Origin: Bacteroidales bacterium
Lineage (GTDB): Bacteria > Bacteroidota > Bacteroidia > Bacteroidales > Paludibacteraceae
Assembly (NCBI GenBank): GCA_038244215.1
Contig: JBBRTR010000001.1
Coordinates: forward strand, 314 to 64,313
Length of the DNA: 64,000 nt
Reading direction: 5' to 3'
Part shown: piece after piece, positions 40,605 to 50,967 of the stretch
Position numbering within the stretch: the first letter of the stretch is position 1
How the letters are laid out: each line of letters opens with the position of its first letter
Position numbers and translations under genes: made by a program
Notes under the pieces: model-generated
Seen by the model: only the letters and a program-made list of their open reading frames with translations
Told to the model about the DNA's origin: nothing
Database searches by the model: none

Positions 40605-41546
40605 ATGAAAATTATTTATCAATCTGATAAAGAGAAAGTTACTACCTGTGCTGCAACTGTCGGATTCTTCGATGGTGTTCATGCCGGACACAGGTTTCTG
40701 ATTGAAGAATTAAAATCAATTGCCCTGAAACGGAAACTGAAAAGTGTTGTCGTTACTTTTGCAGTTCATCCCCGAAAAGTGTTGAACTCCGAATTTCAAC
40801 CACAACTTCTTACTACACTTTCCGAAAAACTTCAGCAACTTGAATCCACAGGAATTGACACCTGTATTGTACTGGATTTTGATAAAGAAATGGCTGGTTT
40901 ATCTGCCTATGAATTTTTGAAAACCATTTTATACAAAAATTATAACGTACATACATTATTAGTCGGACATGATCATAGGTTTGGTCATAACCGTACGGAT
41001 GGTTTTCAGGAATATTATCAATATGGTCGTGAAATTGGGATTGATGTTATCCAGGCAAAACGTTTCAGCACTGAAACTGATACTCATATCAGCTCTTCTG
41101 AAATTCGCGATTCACTTCAAAACGGTAAGATTGAACTTGCTAACCGAATACTTAGCTATAATTACTCAATTAGAGGGAAAGTGATTGATGGTTTCAAAAT
41201 TGGCAGAAAACTTGGATTTCCTACTGCCAATTTAGAATTAGAAAATAAGGACAAATTATTACCGGCTTTAGGTGTTTATGCAGTTAGAGTTCATTATAAT
41301 AATTTGACTTACAAGGGAATGATGAATATAGGCCACCGACCAACTATAGAAAATGGTTCGAAAATCAGTCTCGAAGTTTTTATACTTGATTTTGATAAAG
41401 AAATTTATTATGAAACAATTGTTATTGAGTTCATTAGTAAAATACGGGACGAAAAAAAATTCAACAATATCAATGAATTGATTGAACAACTTAATAAAGA
41501 TAGACTTTCAGTAATGAATATCGACAATCAAATTGTAAATGAATAA
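40605..41546 (+). CDS. ribF: bifunctional riboflavin kinase/FAD synthetase
   Basis: GFFDGVHAGH, ISSSEIR, GRKLGFPTAN, IRDEKKF. Confidence 0.97.
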   Translation: MKIIYQSDKEKVTTCAATVGFFDGVHAGHRFLIEELKSIALKRKLKSVVVTFAVHPRKVLNSEFQPQLLTTLSEKLQQLESTGIDTCIVLDFDKEMAGLSAYEFLKTILYKNYNVHTLLVGHDHRFGHNRTDGFQEYYQYGREIGIDVIQAKRFSTETDTHISSSEIRDSLQNGKIELANRILSYNYSIRGKVIDGFKIGRKLGFPTANLELENKDKLLPALGVYAVRVHYNNLTYKGMMNIGHRPTIENGSKISLEVFILDFDKEIYYETIVIEFISKIRDEKKFNNINELIEQLNKDRLSVMNIDNQIVNE

Positions 41547-41553
41547 AACGAGA

Positions 41554-43656
41554 TTATTTTAAATGTAAAAGTACTAAAGGTGAAAATTCTCTGTATTTTG
41601 CATTTTCAAAAGTTCGCTTTCCTTTCTTTTCTACCTCCCCATTTACTGTACCAACAATAGCAATTTGTTTCATTAAACGCTTTTTATTCTTTATATCATT
41701 CAGATTTATTTTCAGATTCAGCACTTTTTCATTTTCATTTGGGAATACCTTAACAGGATCAAGTACAATTTGCTTACTTTTACGGTTCAATGCAAGTTCA
41801 ATTGTTTCATTAAACCCAGCTTTTCTTTTAACCAACACTTTTAACTGAACTATTGAATCGTTACTAGAAAAAGTAAGTGGATTTTCGAGATTATTTTCAA
41901 TATCTTTCTCAAAATGAATAGTAAATGGAGCTTCCTGAGTTATCTCTGCAACAAAAGCAGATGCTTGAATATGATGTTCATAAAAGAAAGCCTGAGTCAT
42001 ATTATCTGCCGGTACAGCTGTTTGTTTTACAGATTGCTCATTCTTTCTGTTTTTTGTTTCAGCACTTACCTGTAGATCATACTTGCCTGTATTTGCTTTT
42101 TCAGGAGCAGTAATTGAAACCTCCATACTTTTCATATTTTGCGTGGTTTTTAGGTTACTTACACGACATCCGGCAGGCAAACCTTTGATATTGAATTCCA
42201 ATGCAGGGATATTTTTTTCATTTGTAACAATATCCACTTTAAAACTTGCAGTTCCGCCTCTTGGAATTGATATATTTGCAGGTGAAACAAACATTTCAAA
42301 AGTGGGAACATTCGTTTTCCTTTCCAAAACAAAGAAATAATCTTTCCCATTTCCTCCCAATACGTCTTCTAATTCAAGACGATAGGTACCAGCCTCTTTC
42401 GTTGTAAATTTCAACAAAGGATCGGCATGAAATGTCATTAAGCCCTTAGTACCATCTTCGACATCATCCGATTCAGATACTAATTTACCCGACGAATCAA
42501 AAAGACGAAGGCGTGCATCCAGTAAAGATCCTAATTTCCGGGCAGTAACCTGAAAAATAAGATTTTCATTTTCGCCTGCATTTACCTTATATGATTTTAT
42601 TTTCTGAGTTGAACTTATAGAATCATAAATAACTTTTCCGGTAATTAAATTTGAAGATAAAGATGATTTTAGTTCTAACTGATTTTGATTGGCAAGACTC
42701 AAGAAAGGTACTGCATTTGACAAATAACCGTTTTTCCCTAAAGCTTTTATATCAATTTCTCCAGTTTGGTTTGGTTTAAAATTCAGTATTGATTCTTTTA
42801 AATTAACTCCAACAAGATTAATAACGGAATTTGTCTTTACTTTTCCTACACAAGGATATATATATTTCAGATAGGGTATTTCACCTACATCAATCCGATA
42901 ATCAAAATCTTCACGTCCACGATATATCGCATCATAAATTACAATTGTATAGGTATCATTTTCTGGAATTTTTATAATTACAACCGGATCAACTGAGTTC
43001 CGATAATCGTCATCATAAGCTATTTCTTTCCCTTTACTGTTGATAATTTGAATGACCGACTGAAACCAACCGGGAACAGCATCTGCAATGTAAGGAACAA
43101 GTATGCGTGCTTTCACAGCTGCTACCAAAGTCATTCCTTTTTCAGCTTTAAACGAAAAATAATCTTTTTCACCAGGCATAATCTGACCGCAAAAAGTGAC
43201 CGGAAGCTGATCCGCAAAATTTGGATTTTGAATAGTTGAACCTTTTTTCTCTAATAAATTCGGATATTGTCCTACTTCAAAAGTAAGCTTGTTTGAAACT
43301 CCTTTTGGAGATTGTAAACGCAAATCACGAAAACCGGGGATTGCATTTTTATCAATATCGACTTTAACTCTTATTCTGTCAGCAAGTTGGGGACTGCTTT
43401 GATCATCAAATTTTGTTTTTTTCTTTTTCAGTTTAGTCTTAGTTTCTTCGGTGGAAGGAACGATAATACTTGTTTTAACACCTTCGCCACTTAATAGAAC
43501 TGAAGTTGCATCTTTTATATTTAAACCTCCGATTTCAATTTCGACAGAAGTACCTTTCTGTCCGCCAGCCGGATAAATGTATCCTATTGTCATTTTTTGA
43601 GCTGATACAAGAACAATAGATAATAGCAGAATATTTAGCAGAATGAGCTTTTTCAT
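41554..43656 (-). CDS. exported PPC/pre-peptidase-domain-like protein of the type found next to DUF1501 genes
   Basis: Signal peptide, IGYIYPAGGQKGTSVEIEI, repeated D.F.F.A..G and DP...F....GTY beta-sandwich modules. Confidence 0.7.
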   Translation of the reverse strand: MKKLILLNILLLSIVLVSAQKMTIGYIYPAGGQKGTSVEIEIGGLNIKDATSVLLSGEGVKTSIIVPSTEETKTKLKKKKTKFDDQSSPQLADRIRVKVDIDKNAIPGFRDLRLQSPKGVSNKLTFEVGQYPNLLEKKGSTIQNPNFADQLPVTFCGQIMPGEKDYFSFKAEKGMTLVAAVKARILVPYIADAVPGWFQSVIQIINSKGKEIAYDDDYRNSVDPVVIIKIPENDTYTIVIYDAIYRGREDFDYRIDVGEIPYLKYIYPCVGKVKTNSVINLVGVNLKESILNFKPNQTGEIDIKALGKNGYLSNAVPFLSLANQNQLELKSSLSSNLITGKVIYDSISSTQKIKSYKVNAGENENLIFQVTARKLGSLLDARLRLFDSSGKLVSESDDVEDGTKGLMTFHADPLLKFTTKEAGTYRLELEDVLGGNGKDYFFVLERKTNVPTFEMFVSPANISIPRGGTASFKVDIVTNEKNIPALEFNIKGLPAGCRVSNLKTTQNMKSMEVSITAPEKANTGKYDLQVSAETKNRKNEQSVKQTAVPADNMTQAFFYEHHIQASAFVAEITQEAPFTIHFEKDIENNLENPLTFSSNDSIVQLKVLVKRKAGFNETIELALNRKSKQIVLDPVKVFPNENEKVLNLKINLNDIKNKKRLMKQIAIVGTVNGEVEKKGKRTFENAKYREFSPLVLLHLK

Positions 43657-43669
43657 AGTTTAATTTTTA

Positions 43670-44935
43670 CTATTTTTTTATCAGTTCGTACAACAATCCA
43701 TTACTCTGATCTTTTACACTAAGTGATGGTAAAATCGGTAGTTTTCCTTCGAGTGGATGTGGCAGCGTTCCGTGTGGGTCAATTCCCATGAGCAAATAAA
43801 CCGTTCCAATTAAATCGCTGGCATACACTTTTCTTTCTATAATATCTTCACCGGTTTTGTCTGTTTTTCCAAGAACTTTACCGGGAATAAATCCACCACC
43901 AGCAACTAAATATGAAAATGCTTTCCCAAAATGTGAACGTCCTCCGTTCCAAGGAGCTTCCCACAGAACTTTTGGAGTCCGACCAAACTCACCGCCGCAA
44001 AGCACAATCGCATTTTTCAATAATCCTTTTTCATCTAAATCAGTCAAAAGTGCTGATAAAGCTTTATCCAACTCAGGAAGCATATCATTCATACGCTGAA
44101 AGTGAGCCTTATGAGTATCCCAACCTGTTGTACGAACATTAATAAACGGAACACCGGCTTCCACTAATTTCCGGGCAACCAGACAGGATTGCCCCAAACG
44201 ATTCATTCCATAACGTTCACGCATTTCCTTTGTTTCAGTACTTAAATCGAAAACATTTTTTGCTTCACCGGTAATAAAATCCATGTTCTTTTGACGATAG
44301 GAGTCAAACATTTTTTCTGTTTCAGCATTAGGTTGACAATTGTCTTCTTTTTCGAACGACTTCAGCAAATTTACTCTATTTTTAAGTTTTTCTGTCTTAA
44401 CATAATTATTTATTATTCCTTCAACTTCAAATATATTTTTCTCAGGAGCACCTTCAGTATCAAATGATTTATATTCATTTCCCAGAAAACCACCTTCATT
44501 AAAACGGCTATTGGCACTAACCAACGAGATATATGGTGGCAAAATTCCTTTATAAGTTGGTTTTTTCTCAAATGCAATCACACTTCCAAATGAAGGATAA
44601 ACTACAGTCCCCTTACTCAGATCTCCCGTAATCATGGCATAATGTGCTGTTTCGTGGGCATTTACATTATGAGTCATACTTCTGATCAAACTGAATTTAT
44701 CAGCAACTTTCGCCAATAATGGCAATTTTGAACCTAAAGATATTTCAGGAACATTCGATTGGATTGTGTCTTTATATTGTCCGTAAATATCACGTCCGGC
44801 ATTTGGTTTTGGATCAAAAGTGTCAGTTTGCGACGGTCCGCCATCAAGATAAATCAAAATAACTGATTTGGCTTGTTGAGCTCTTATTGATCCAGTAATT
44901 AAAATGACAAGCAATATTATTGAAATTTTTTTCAT
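43670..44935 (-). CDS. DUF1501 domain protein
   Basis: AKSVILIYLDGGPSQTDTFDPKP, ARKLVEAGVPF, GWDTH, GEFGRTP. Confidence 0.92.
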   Translation of the reverse strand: MKKISIILLVILITGSIRAQQAKSVILIYLDGGPSQTDTFDPKPNAGRDIYGQYKDTIQSNVPEISLGSKLPLLAKVADKFSLIRSMTHNVNAHETAHYAMITGDLSKGTVVYPSFGSVIAFEKKPTYKGILPPYISLVSANSRFNEGGFLGNEYKSFDTEGAPEKNIFEVEGIINNYVKTEKLKNRVNLLKSFEKEDNCQPNAETEKMFDSYRQKNMDFITGEAKNVFDLSTETKEMRERYGMNRLGQSCLVARKLVEAGVPFINVRTTGWDTHKAHFQRMNDMLPELDKALSALLTDLDEKGLLKNAIVLCGGEFGRTPKVLWEAPWNGGRSHFGKAFSYLVAGGGFIPGKVLGKTDKTGEDIIERKVYASDLIGTVYLLMGIDPHGTLPHPLEGKLPILPSLSVKDQSNGLLYELIKK

Positions 44936-44954
44936 GGTTTCTTAATTTTCTCGA

Positions 44955-46403
44955 TCAATGATTATATAAAAATTCATAACTATTTATCTCAGTCCACATG
45001 ATATCAAAAGCCAAATCACGATTAGAGATATTATTTTTCTCAGCATAATCATTAAAAAGGATCTTTTCTTTTTCAGTAGGAAAACGTGATAATGTTAGCA
45101 ATGTAATTCGTTTTAATATTTCAGATCGATCTGTATTATTTTTACATATCTGACTTAACAACGGACTTTTTCTGATTTTATCTTCAAGTTGATAAGAGTT
45201 CATTAAATAAAGTAACTGTCTTGATGTCAATTTATTAACATGTTGATTTTCCAATGAAACATCGCGGGATGCTCTTCCAAACAATTCTAAAGCAGAACTT
45301 GAAACTGTTGCGTCACCTAGTTCAATGGCAGTTGTTCCGGTTGGATAAATGGTGAAAGGCTCCGGCACACGGCTTCGATATTCATCTGGAATACCCGTCA
45401 CCTCTGCAATTCCATCAACAATTACTTCGGACAATAATCGTTGTGGTTCGTAAAATCCATCAGGGCTTACTTTACTTTGAAAAACAGTTGAATTTAATAT
45501 AGTTTTGATGAGTGATTTTACATTAAAATTATCAGAAATAAACTTATGAGTCAGAAAATTGAGTAGTTCGGGATTTGAAGGTGGATTTTGCAAACTCCAA
45601 TTATCAGGTTCATTCACGATCCCTTTTCCCATCAACCAAAACCAGATACGATTTACCATTACTGAAGCAAAACGTTTATTTTCTTTATCAGTCAGCCAGT
45701 TGACATACGAAATTCTCCAATCATCACCGTCAATTAATGAAATCGCTTTTCCATCCGACATTTTTATAGAATTTGCAGTTGGTTTCTGATGATAGTCAAC
45801 ATATACTATTTCTTCCTTCCATTCTTTTGTAGTTTTATACTTTATCTGCGAAAAACAAATTTTCCCATCATCAGCTGGTTCACGGTTTCCGAGAAAAAGT
45901 AGATTGATATTGTTGTATATATTTTCGGAAGTTCGCTTTGGAAAAGCACGATAAAAATTAACTGCTGCAGAGCGGAAATCACTCCCTGTTGAAAGTAATA
46001 ATTCCTTTACGAATGTATCATAAGGCATATTTGATTGAATTCTTTCAAACAACCAACGATTATATGCCTGAACTCCATTAGGCCACATATTACTTGGAAA
46101 CTCCGATTTAATTCTCAAGATATCTCCCCAACGCATAACAAAATAGCGGGCATATTCTTCCTTCTCAAGCAACTGATCTATTAAAACTGTCCTTTTGTCA
46201 GGAGATTTTGACAATAAGAATTGCTCTGCAATTTCAGATTTTGGCATTCGTCCGGTTAAAGAAAGATAGGTTCTGCGTATAAAAACCTCATCAGTACAAA
46301 TATGATTTTTCAGATCTTTATTTCCATAAAAATCTTCAATTCTTGCGGCATTCAATGGAATGCTAAGCACAAATAAAAGTAAAAACTTTAGAAATGTTCT
46401 CAT
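44955..46403 (-). CDS. DUF1549/DUF1553 (PSD1-type) domain protein
   Basis: TDEVFIRRTYLSLTGRMP, IDQLL, NMPYDTFVKELL, VNRIWFWLMGKGIV, PPSNPELL, LSRFPT, EFLYNH. Confidence 0.88.
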   Translation of the reverse strand: MRTFLKFLLLFVLSIPLNAARIEDFYGNKDLKNHICTDEVFIRRTYLSLTGRMPKSEIAEQFLLSKSPDKRTVLIDQLLEKEEYARYFVMRWGDILRIKSEFPSNMWPNGVQAYNRWLFERIQSNMPYDTFVKELLLSTGSDFRSAAVNFYRAFPKRTSENIYNNINLLFLGNREPADDGKICFSQIKYKTTKEWKEEIVYVDYHQKPTANSIKMSDGKAISLIDGDDWRISYVNWLTDKENKRFASVMVNRIWFWLMGKGIVNEPDNWSLQNPPSNPELLNFLTHKFISDNFNVKSLIKTILNSTVFQSKVSPDGFYEPQRLLSEVIVDGIAEVTGIPDEYRSRVPEPFTIYPTGTTAIELGDATVSSSALELFGRASRDVSLENQHVNKLTSRQLLYLMNSYQLEDKIRKSPLLSQICKNNTDRSEILKRITLLTLSRFPTEKEKILFNDYAEKNNISNRDLAFDIMWTEINSYEFLYNH

Positions 46404-46448
46404 ACAATATTTTTCATTCAAAAATTTGATTATCATACACAAACGAAC

Positions 46449-47585
46449 TTACATTACTAGCAATTCAACTTTTGCAATTCCTTCAATTTCTACAAAAAGT
46501 TCATCTCGGCAAATTGTTGCAAAAGTATAAATGACTTCTTTGTCTTTCCAAAAACGTTCAACTTCGGCTTTTACCAGACTATAATCCTCTTCGTTCTTGA
46601 TATAAACCCGCACATTTTCAATCTCAAATTTAATTTTCTCGTTAATATTGTTGAATTCAAGATTTTTTTCTGACAGCAAATATAAGATATTTTCAATCGT
46701 TTGCTTTGTTTGTATTGCTACATTCAGCTCTTTCATACTTTGTTCTCCTCGAATTGCCGCTGTACCTGAAATATAAAACAAACCGACCTTAGCATTTAAA
46801 ACTAATTTTGCACGTTCAAATTTTGGTGTCGTTTTTATATTTTTTCCTACTAATACTGAATTGGAATACTTATGAGCAGGCTTTTGCAAAGAATTATCAA
46901 TTGGAATAACTTTTAGCTCTGATTTCCCTAAAATTGCAACTAAACTAACTAAAACAATATCAATCGACATGGAAATTCCGGTTGCAGCAGGATAACCATC
47001 AGGCCATTTTGTTTGTGAATAAAATCGACTTCTTGAATCATTAAAAGCCTGATAATGTTGTATTTTATTAGAAAGAGAAGTTATATTTCCGATATAATTC
47101 CATTGACGGATTATATTCTGAACAGGAATATTCTCAATTTGAAATATCTTTTCTATTTTTTCAAATATCGAATCACTTTGTTGTTCAATAGAGTCTAAAA
47201 TAGTATCAGCTAAAACACCTTCCACCATCAAAATATGTTCATTTCCTGAATTAATGATCAAATAATCAACATCATTATACTTCTTAAATTGCAAATTATC
47301 GATTGCATTACTTTCAGGAAGATATTTTACTTCAACTCCCATTTTTTGCTTTGTATCTAATGGCTGAACAACAAAACTCACAAGAGGAGTTACTTCAGAG
47401 AATTGACTCTTCACAAAGCTCTTAATAGTTTCCAATCGAATTCCATAACTCTGAATATCAGATATCCCAAAAAACACAAGACTTAAAACAGTCTTTGATT
47501 TATCAATCTGATTTGTTAAAAATAAGATATTCTTCCCAAAATTTTCTTTTGTAGAAAAATAATACTTGGTTAATGGAAAATTCAT
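46449..47585 (-). CDS. Rid/YjgF-fold protein, FkbO/Hyg5 chorismatase-like
   Basis: IIRQWNYIGNI, YQAFNDSR, YPAATGI, PKFERA, ISGTAAIRG, ICRDELFVEIEG. Confidence 0.8.
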   Translation of the reverse strand: MNFPLTKYYFSTKENFGKNILFLTNQIDKSKTVLSLVFFGISDIQSYGIRLETIKSFVKSQFSEVTPLVSFVVQPLDTKQKMGVEVKYLPESNAIDNLQFKKYNDVDYLIINSGNEHILMVEGVLADTILDSIEQQSDSIFEKIEKIFQIENIPVQNIIRQWNYIGNITSLSNKIQHYQAFNDSRSRFYSQTKWPDGYPAATGISMSIDIVLVSLVAILGKSELKVIPIDNSLQKPAHKYSNSVLVGKNIKTTPKFERAKLVLNAKVGLFYISGTAAIRGEQSMKELNVAIQTKQTIENILYLLSEKNLEFNNINEKIKFEIENVRVYIKNEEDYSLVKAEVERFWKDKEVIYTFATICRDELFVEIEGIAKVELLVM

Positions 47586-47802
47586 GGATATAAAAATTTG
47601 AGAGTAATAATTTCAATAATAGACATTAATACATTCAAATAGTTTAATTGATTTTCAAATTAAAATTCTAAAAGATTATGCTTACTTAATCAACAAAAGA
47701 GATTAATAGAAAAATATTGACATTACATTCAAATAATCATACTCAAAAAAACTATCTTTGCATTATAAAAAATGATTTACTATCAAAAACACATTAATCA
47801 AA

Positions 47803-49896
47803 ATGAAAAAACTTTTATTAACTTTATCAATTGGAATTCTTCTTATGGGATGTGCTAAAACCGACAATCCGTTTTTCGAAAAGTATGCGAACAAATATGG
47901 CGCTCCACCTTTCGACAAGATTAAAAATGAACATTACATGCCTGCTTTTAAGGAAGGTATTAAACAACATCAGACTGAAATTGAAGCAATTGCGGAAAGT
48001 AAAGATGCGCCAACTTTTGATAATACCATTGCTGCAATGGATTACAGTGGCGATTTACTGAAAAAAGTTTCATCCGTATTCTTTAATTTATATTCTTCCA
48101 ATACCAATGAAGGAATGGAAAAAATTGCCAACGAAATCACTCCTGTATTAACGGAACATAACGACAATATTTATCTGAACGATAAGCTTTTCGCTCGAGT
48201 AAAATCGGTTTATGAAAACCGTCAGAAATCAGGTTTAAACGAAGAACAAATTCGGTTGGTCGAAAAATATTACCGCAATTTCGTTCGTAGTGGAGCAAAT
48301 CTAAGTCCTGAACAAAAAGAAAAACTGCGTTCCATCAATAAAGAACTTAGTTTGGCTCAACTTCAATTTGGACAAAATGTATTGGCTGAAACAAATGCTT
48401 TTAAAAAATTTGTAACCAAAGAAGCTGATTTAGCCGGACTTCCCGAAAATGTGCGTCAGGCAGCGGCCGAAGAAGCAAAAGCTGCAGGAAAACCCGGACA
48501 GTGGCTTTTTACTATACAAAAATCAAGTTTTATTCCGGTATTGCAATACGGAGAAAATCGCGAATTACGCAAAGAATTGTTAATGGCATACACTACCAAA
48601 GCCAATCATGACAATGCAAACGATAACAAAGCTATTATCAATAAAATCATGAAATTGAGAACTCAAAAAGCTCAATTACTTGGTTTTGCCACTTCAGCTG
48701 ATTTTGTTCTGGACGATACTATGGCAAAAACTCCACAAGCTGTTTATGATTTATTACAAAAAGTTTGGGTGCCTGCCGTTTCAAAAGCAAAACAGGAAGC
48801 AGCTGAACTTCAAAAATTAATGGATGCCGAAGGAAAAGGTGAAAAGTTGGAATCATGGGATTGGTGGTACTACACAGAGAAATTGCGCAAAGCCAAATAT
48901 GATCTGGACGAAGAAATGTTGCGACCCTATTTCAAACTTGAAAACGTTCGTCAGGGTGTTTTCAATTTGGCATCAAAACTATACGGATTGAAATTTGAAA
49001 AACTGACCGATATGCCAGTTTACGATCCTGATGTTGAAGTTTTCAAAGTTGTTGATGCAAATGATTCATTGATAGGCATTTTGTACACCGATTATTTCCC
49101 TCGTCCCGGAAAACGTGCAGGTGCATGGATGAACAATATTGTGGATCAATTCAAAAAAGACGGAATTAATCATCGTCCGATTATTTGCAATGTTGGAAAT
49201 TTCACAAAACCAACTTCAGACAAACCATCCTTATTGAATATGGATGAAGTAGAAACAATGTTCCACGAGTTTGGTCATGCACTTCATGGATTACTGACTC
49301 AATGCACCTATCCCGGTCTCTCAGGAACAGCAGTAGCACGTGATTTTGTTGAACTTCCATCACAATTTATGGAAAACTTTTGTTGGGAACCACAAGTTAT
49401 GGCAACGTATGCGCGACATTATAAAACTGGTAAATTAATGCCAAAAGAGTTGATGGAGAAAATACAAAAAACAGGAACGTTCAATCAAGGATTTATCAAT
49501 ACAGAATTGCTGGCTGCTTCATTTCTTGATATGGATTATCACATGATGAAAGACACTACTGCTTTCGATGTTAACGCATTTGAAAAAGCATCGATGGATA
49601 AAATCGGTATGATTCCTCAAATTATTGTTCGTTACCGAAGCACCTATTTCAACCACATTTTCAGTGGAGAGTATTATGCAGGATATTACAGTTACACATG
49701 GGCTGCAGTTTTGGATGCCGACGCATTTCAGGCTTTCAAGGAAACAGGAGACATTTATAACCCAAAGGTTGCCACTGCTTTCCGCAAAAATGTTCTTGAA
49801 AAAGGCGATACAGAAGATCCAATGAAATTGTATCGTGATTTCCGCGGAGCTAATCCAAATCCGGATGCTTTACTAATAAAAAGAGGATTAAAATAG
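47803..49896 (+). CDS. dcp: M3-family peptidyl-dipeptidase, lipoprotein
   Basis: Lipobox LMGC, FHEFGHALH, DFVELPSQ, YAGYYSY. Confidence 0.92.
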   Translation: MKKLLLTLSIGILLMGCAKTDNPFFEKYANKYGAPPFDKIKNEHYMPAFKEGIKQHQTEIEAIAESKDAPTFDNTIAAMDYSGDLLKKVSSVFFNLYSSNTNEGMEKIANEITPVLTEHNDNIYLNDKLFARVKSVYENRQKSGLNEEQIRLVEKYYRNFVRSGANLSPEQKEKLRSINKELSLAQLQFGQNVLAETNAFKKFVTKEADLAGLPENVRQAAAEEAKAAGKPGQWLFTIQKSSFIPVLQYGENRELRKELLMAYTTKANHDNANDNKAIINKIMKLRTQKAQLLGFATSADFVLDDTMAKTPQAVYDLLQKVWVPAVSKAKQEAAELQKLMDAEGKGEKLESWDWWYYTEKLRKAKYDLDEEMLRPYFKLENVRQGVFNLASKLYGLKFEKLTDMPVYDPDVEVFKVVDANDSLIGILYTDYFPRPGKRAGAWMNNIVDQFKKDGINHRPIICNVGNFTKPTSDKPSLLNMDEVETMFHEFGHALHGLLTQCTYPGLSGTAVARDFVELPSQFMENFCWEPQVMATYARHYKTGKLMPKELMEKIQKTGTFNQGFINTELLAASFLDMDYHMMKDTTAFDVNAFEKASMDKIGMIPQIIVRYRSTYFNHIFSGEYYAGYYSYTWAAVLDADAFQAFKETGDIYNPKVATAFRKNVLEKGDTEDPMKLYRDFRGANPNPDALLIKRGLK

Positions 49897-49973
49897 TAGA
49901 CAGTTGAGAGTTGACAGTTACTGAAATTCAGACTGGCAACTCTCAATTTTTAGCTGTTAATTAATAACCGCCA

Positions 49974-50966
49974 ATGCGTATTTCATTAAAAAACCTTATT
50001 TTACCGAGTATACCATTAGCTGTGTTAATGGTTGCCTCTTTTTTAGTTTTATGGTGCATCGTATTTTTTGAAACTATTCCGGTTTCAATGCAAACAGATT
50101 TCGCAACAATTGCTGATAAAATCCAGTTGTTATTTTCGAATAATCTACTTTTAGAGAATGCAGTTTGTATTTCTATCGTGTTGCTGAATGCTTTTTTATT
50201 AGCTCAGATTAATAACCGGTTTACTCTAATACGCACCCGGACTTTTCTTCCGATTTTCATTTTTTTATTATTAATTGGTTCATGGAATGAAACCCATACA
50301 AATATCAGTTCACACGCTGCATTAACTCTTTTTATGCTGGCCTTATTCAACTTTTTCTCAATGAATAAGAACCGAAATGCATCAGAACAGGCATTTATTG
50401 GAAGCTTTTTTATTGGGGTTGCCAGTCTGCTAATCAATCCGTATCTGGTTTTAATTCCAGTTTGTTGGATTGGATTTGTGATTTTTCAGAGTTTTTCGCT
50501 TCGTACTTTTCTGGCTTCTGTTTTCGGAGTAATTGTTCCATGGATTTTATTCTTATCTGTCGAGTTTCTGTTTCAAATCAAAATAAATTTTCCTGAGATA
50601 TTTCTTTCCAATTTTTCAGGGTCTTTTAGTGTTTCAATGCTATTATTACCCAATATTATTTATTCTGTAACATGTATTATCATACTAATAATTTGCACGT
50701 TCGGTTTGTATTCTAACACACAAAGTGATGCAATTCACACACGTAATAAACTAAATTTCTTACTTTTATTATTGATATCAACATTTATATTAGCTTTTGT
50801 CAGTCAAAATCAATTATCACATTTCCTACCACTTTTAGCATTGATTTACGCCATATTAGTTTCGCATCCATTTACGTTGAAACAAAATAATTTTTACGGT
50901 ATACTTTTTATAATATTCGTGGTTTTGAACATAGCATTTGTAATTTCCAAATACGTTCAATTGTAG
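49974..50966 (+). CDS. integral membrane protein (DUF6427-like)
   Basis: Many TM segments, IRTRTFLP; the family call is tentative. Confidence 0.6.
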   Translation: MRISLKNLILPSIPLAVLMVASFLVLWCIVFFETIPVSMQTDFATIADKIQLLFSNNLLLENAVCISIVLLNAFLLAQINNRFTLIRTRTFLPIFIFLLLIGSWNETHTNISSHAALTLFMLALFNFFSMNKNRNASEQAFIGSFFIGVASLLINPYLVLIPVCWIGFVIFQSFSLRTFLASVFGVIVPWILFLSVEFLFQIKINFPEIFLSNFSGSFSVSMLLLPNIIYSVTCIIILIICTFGLYSNTQSDAIHTRNKLNFLLLLLISTFILAFVSQNQLSHFLPLLALIYAILVSHPFTLKQNNFYGILFIIFVVLNIAFVISKYVQL

Positions 50967-50967
50967 T

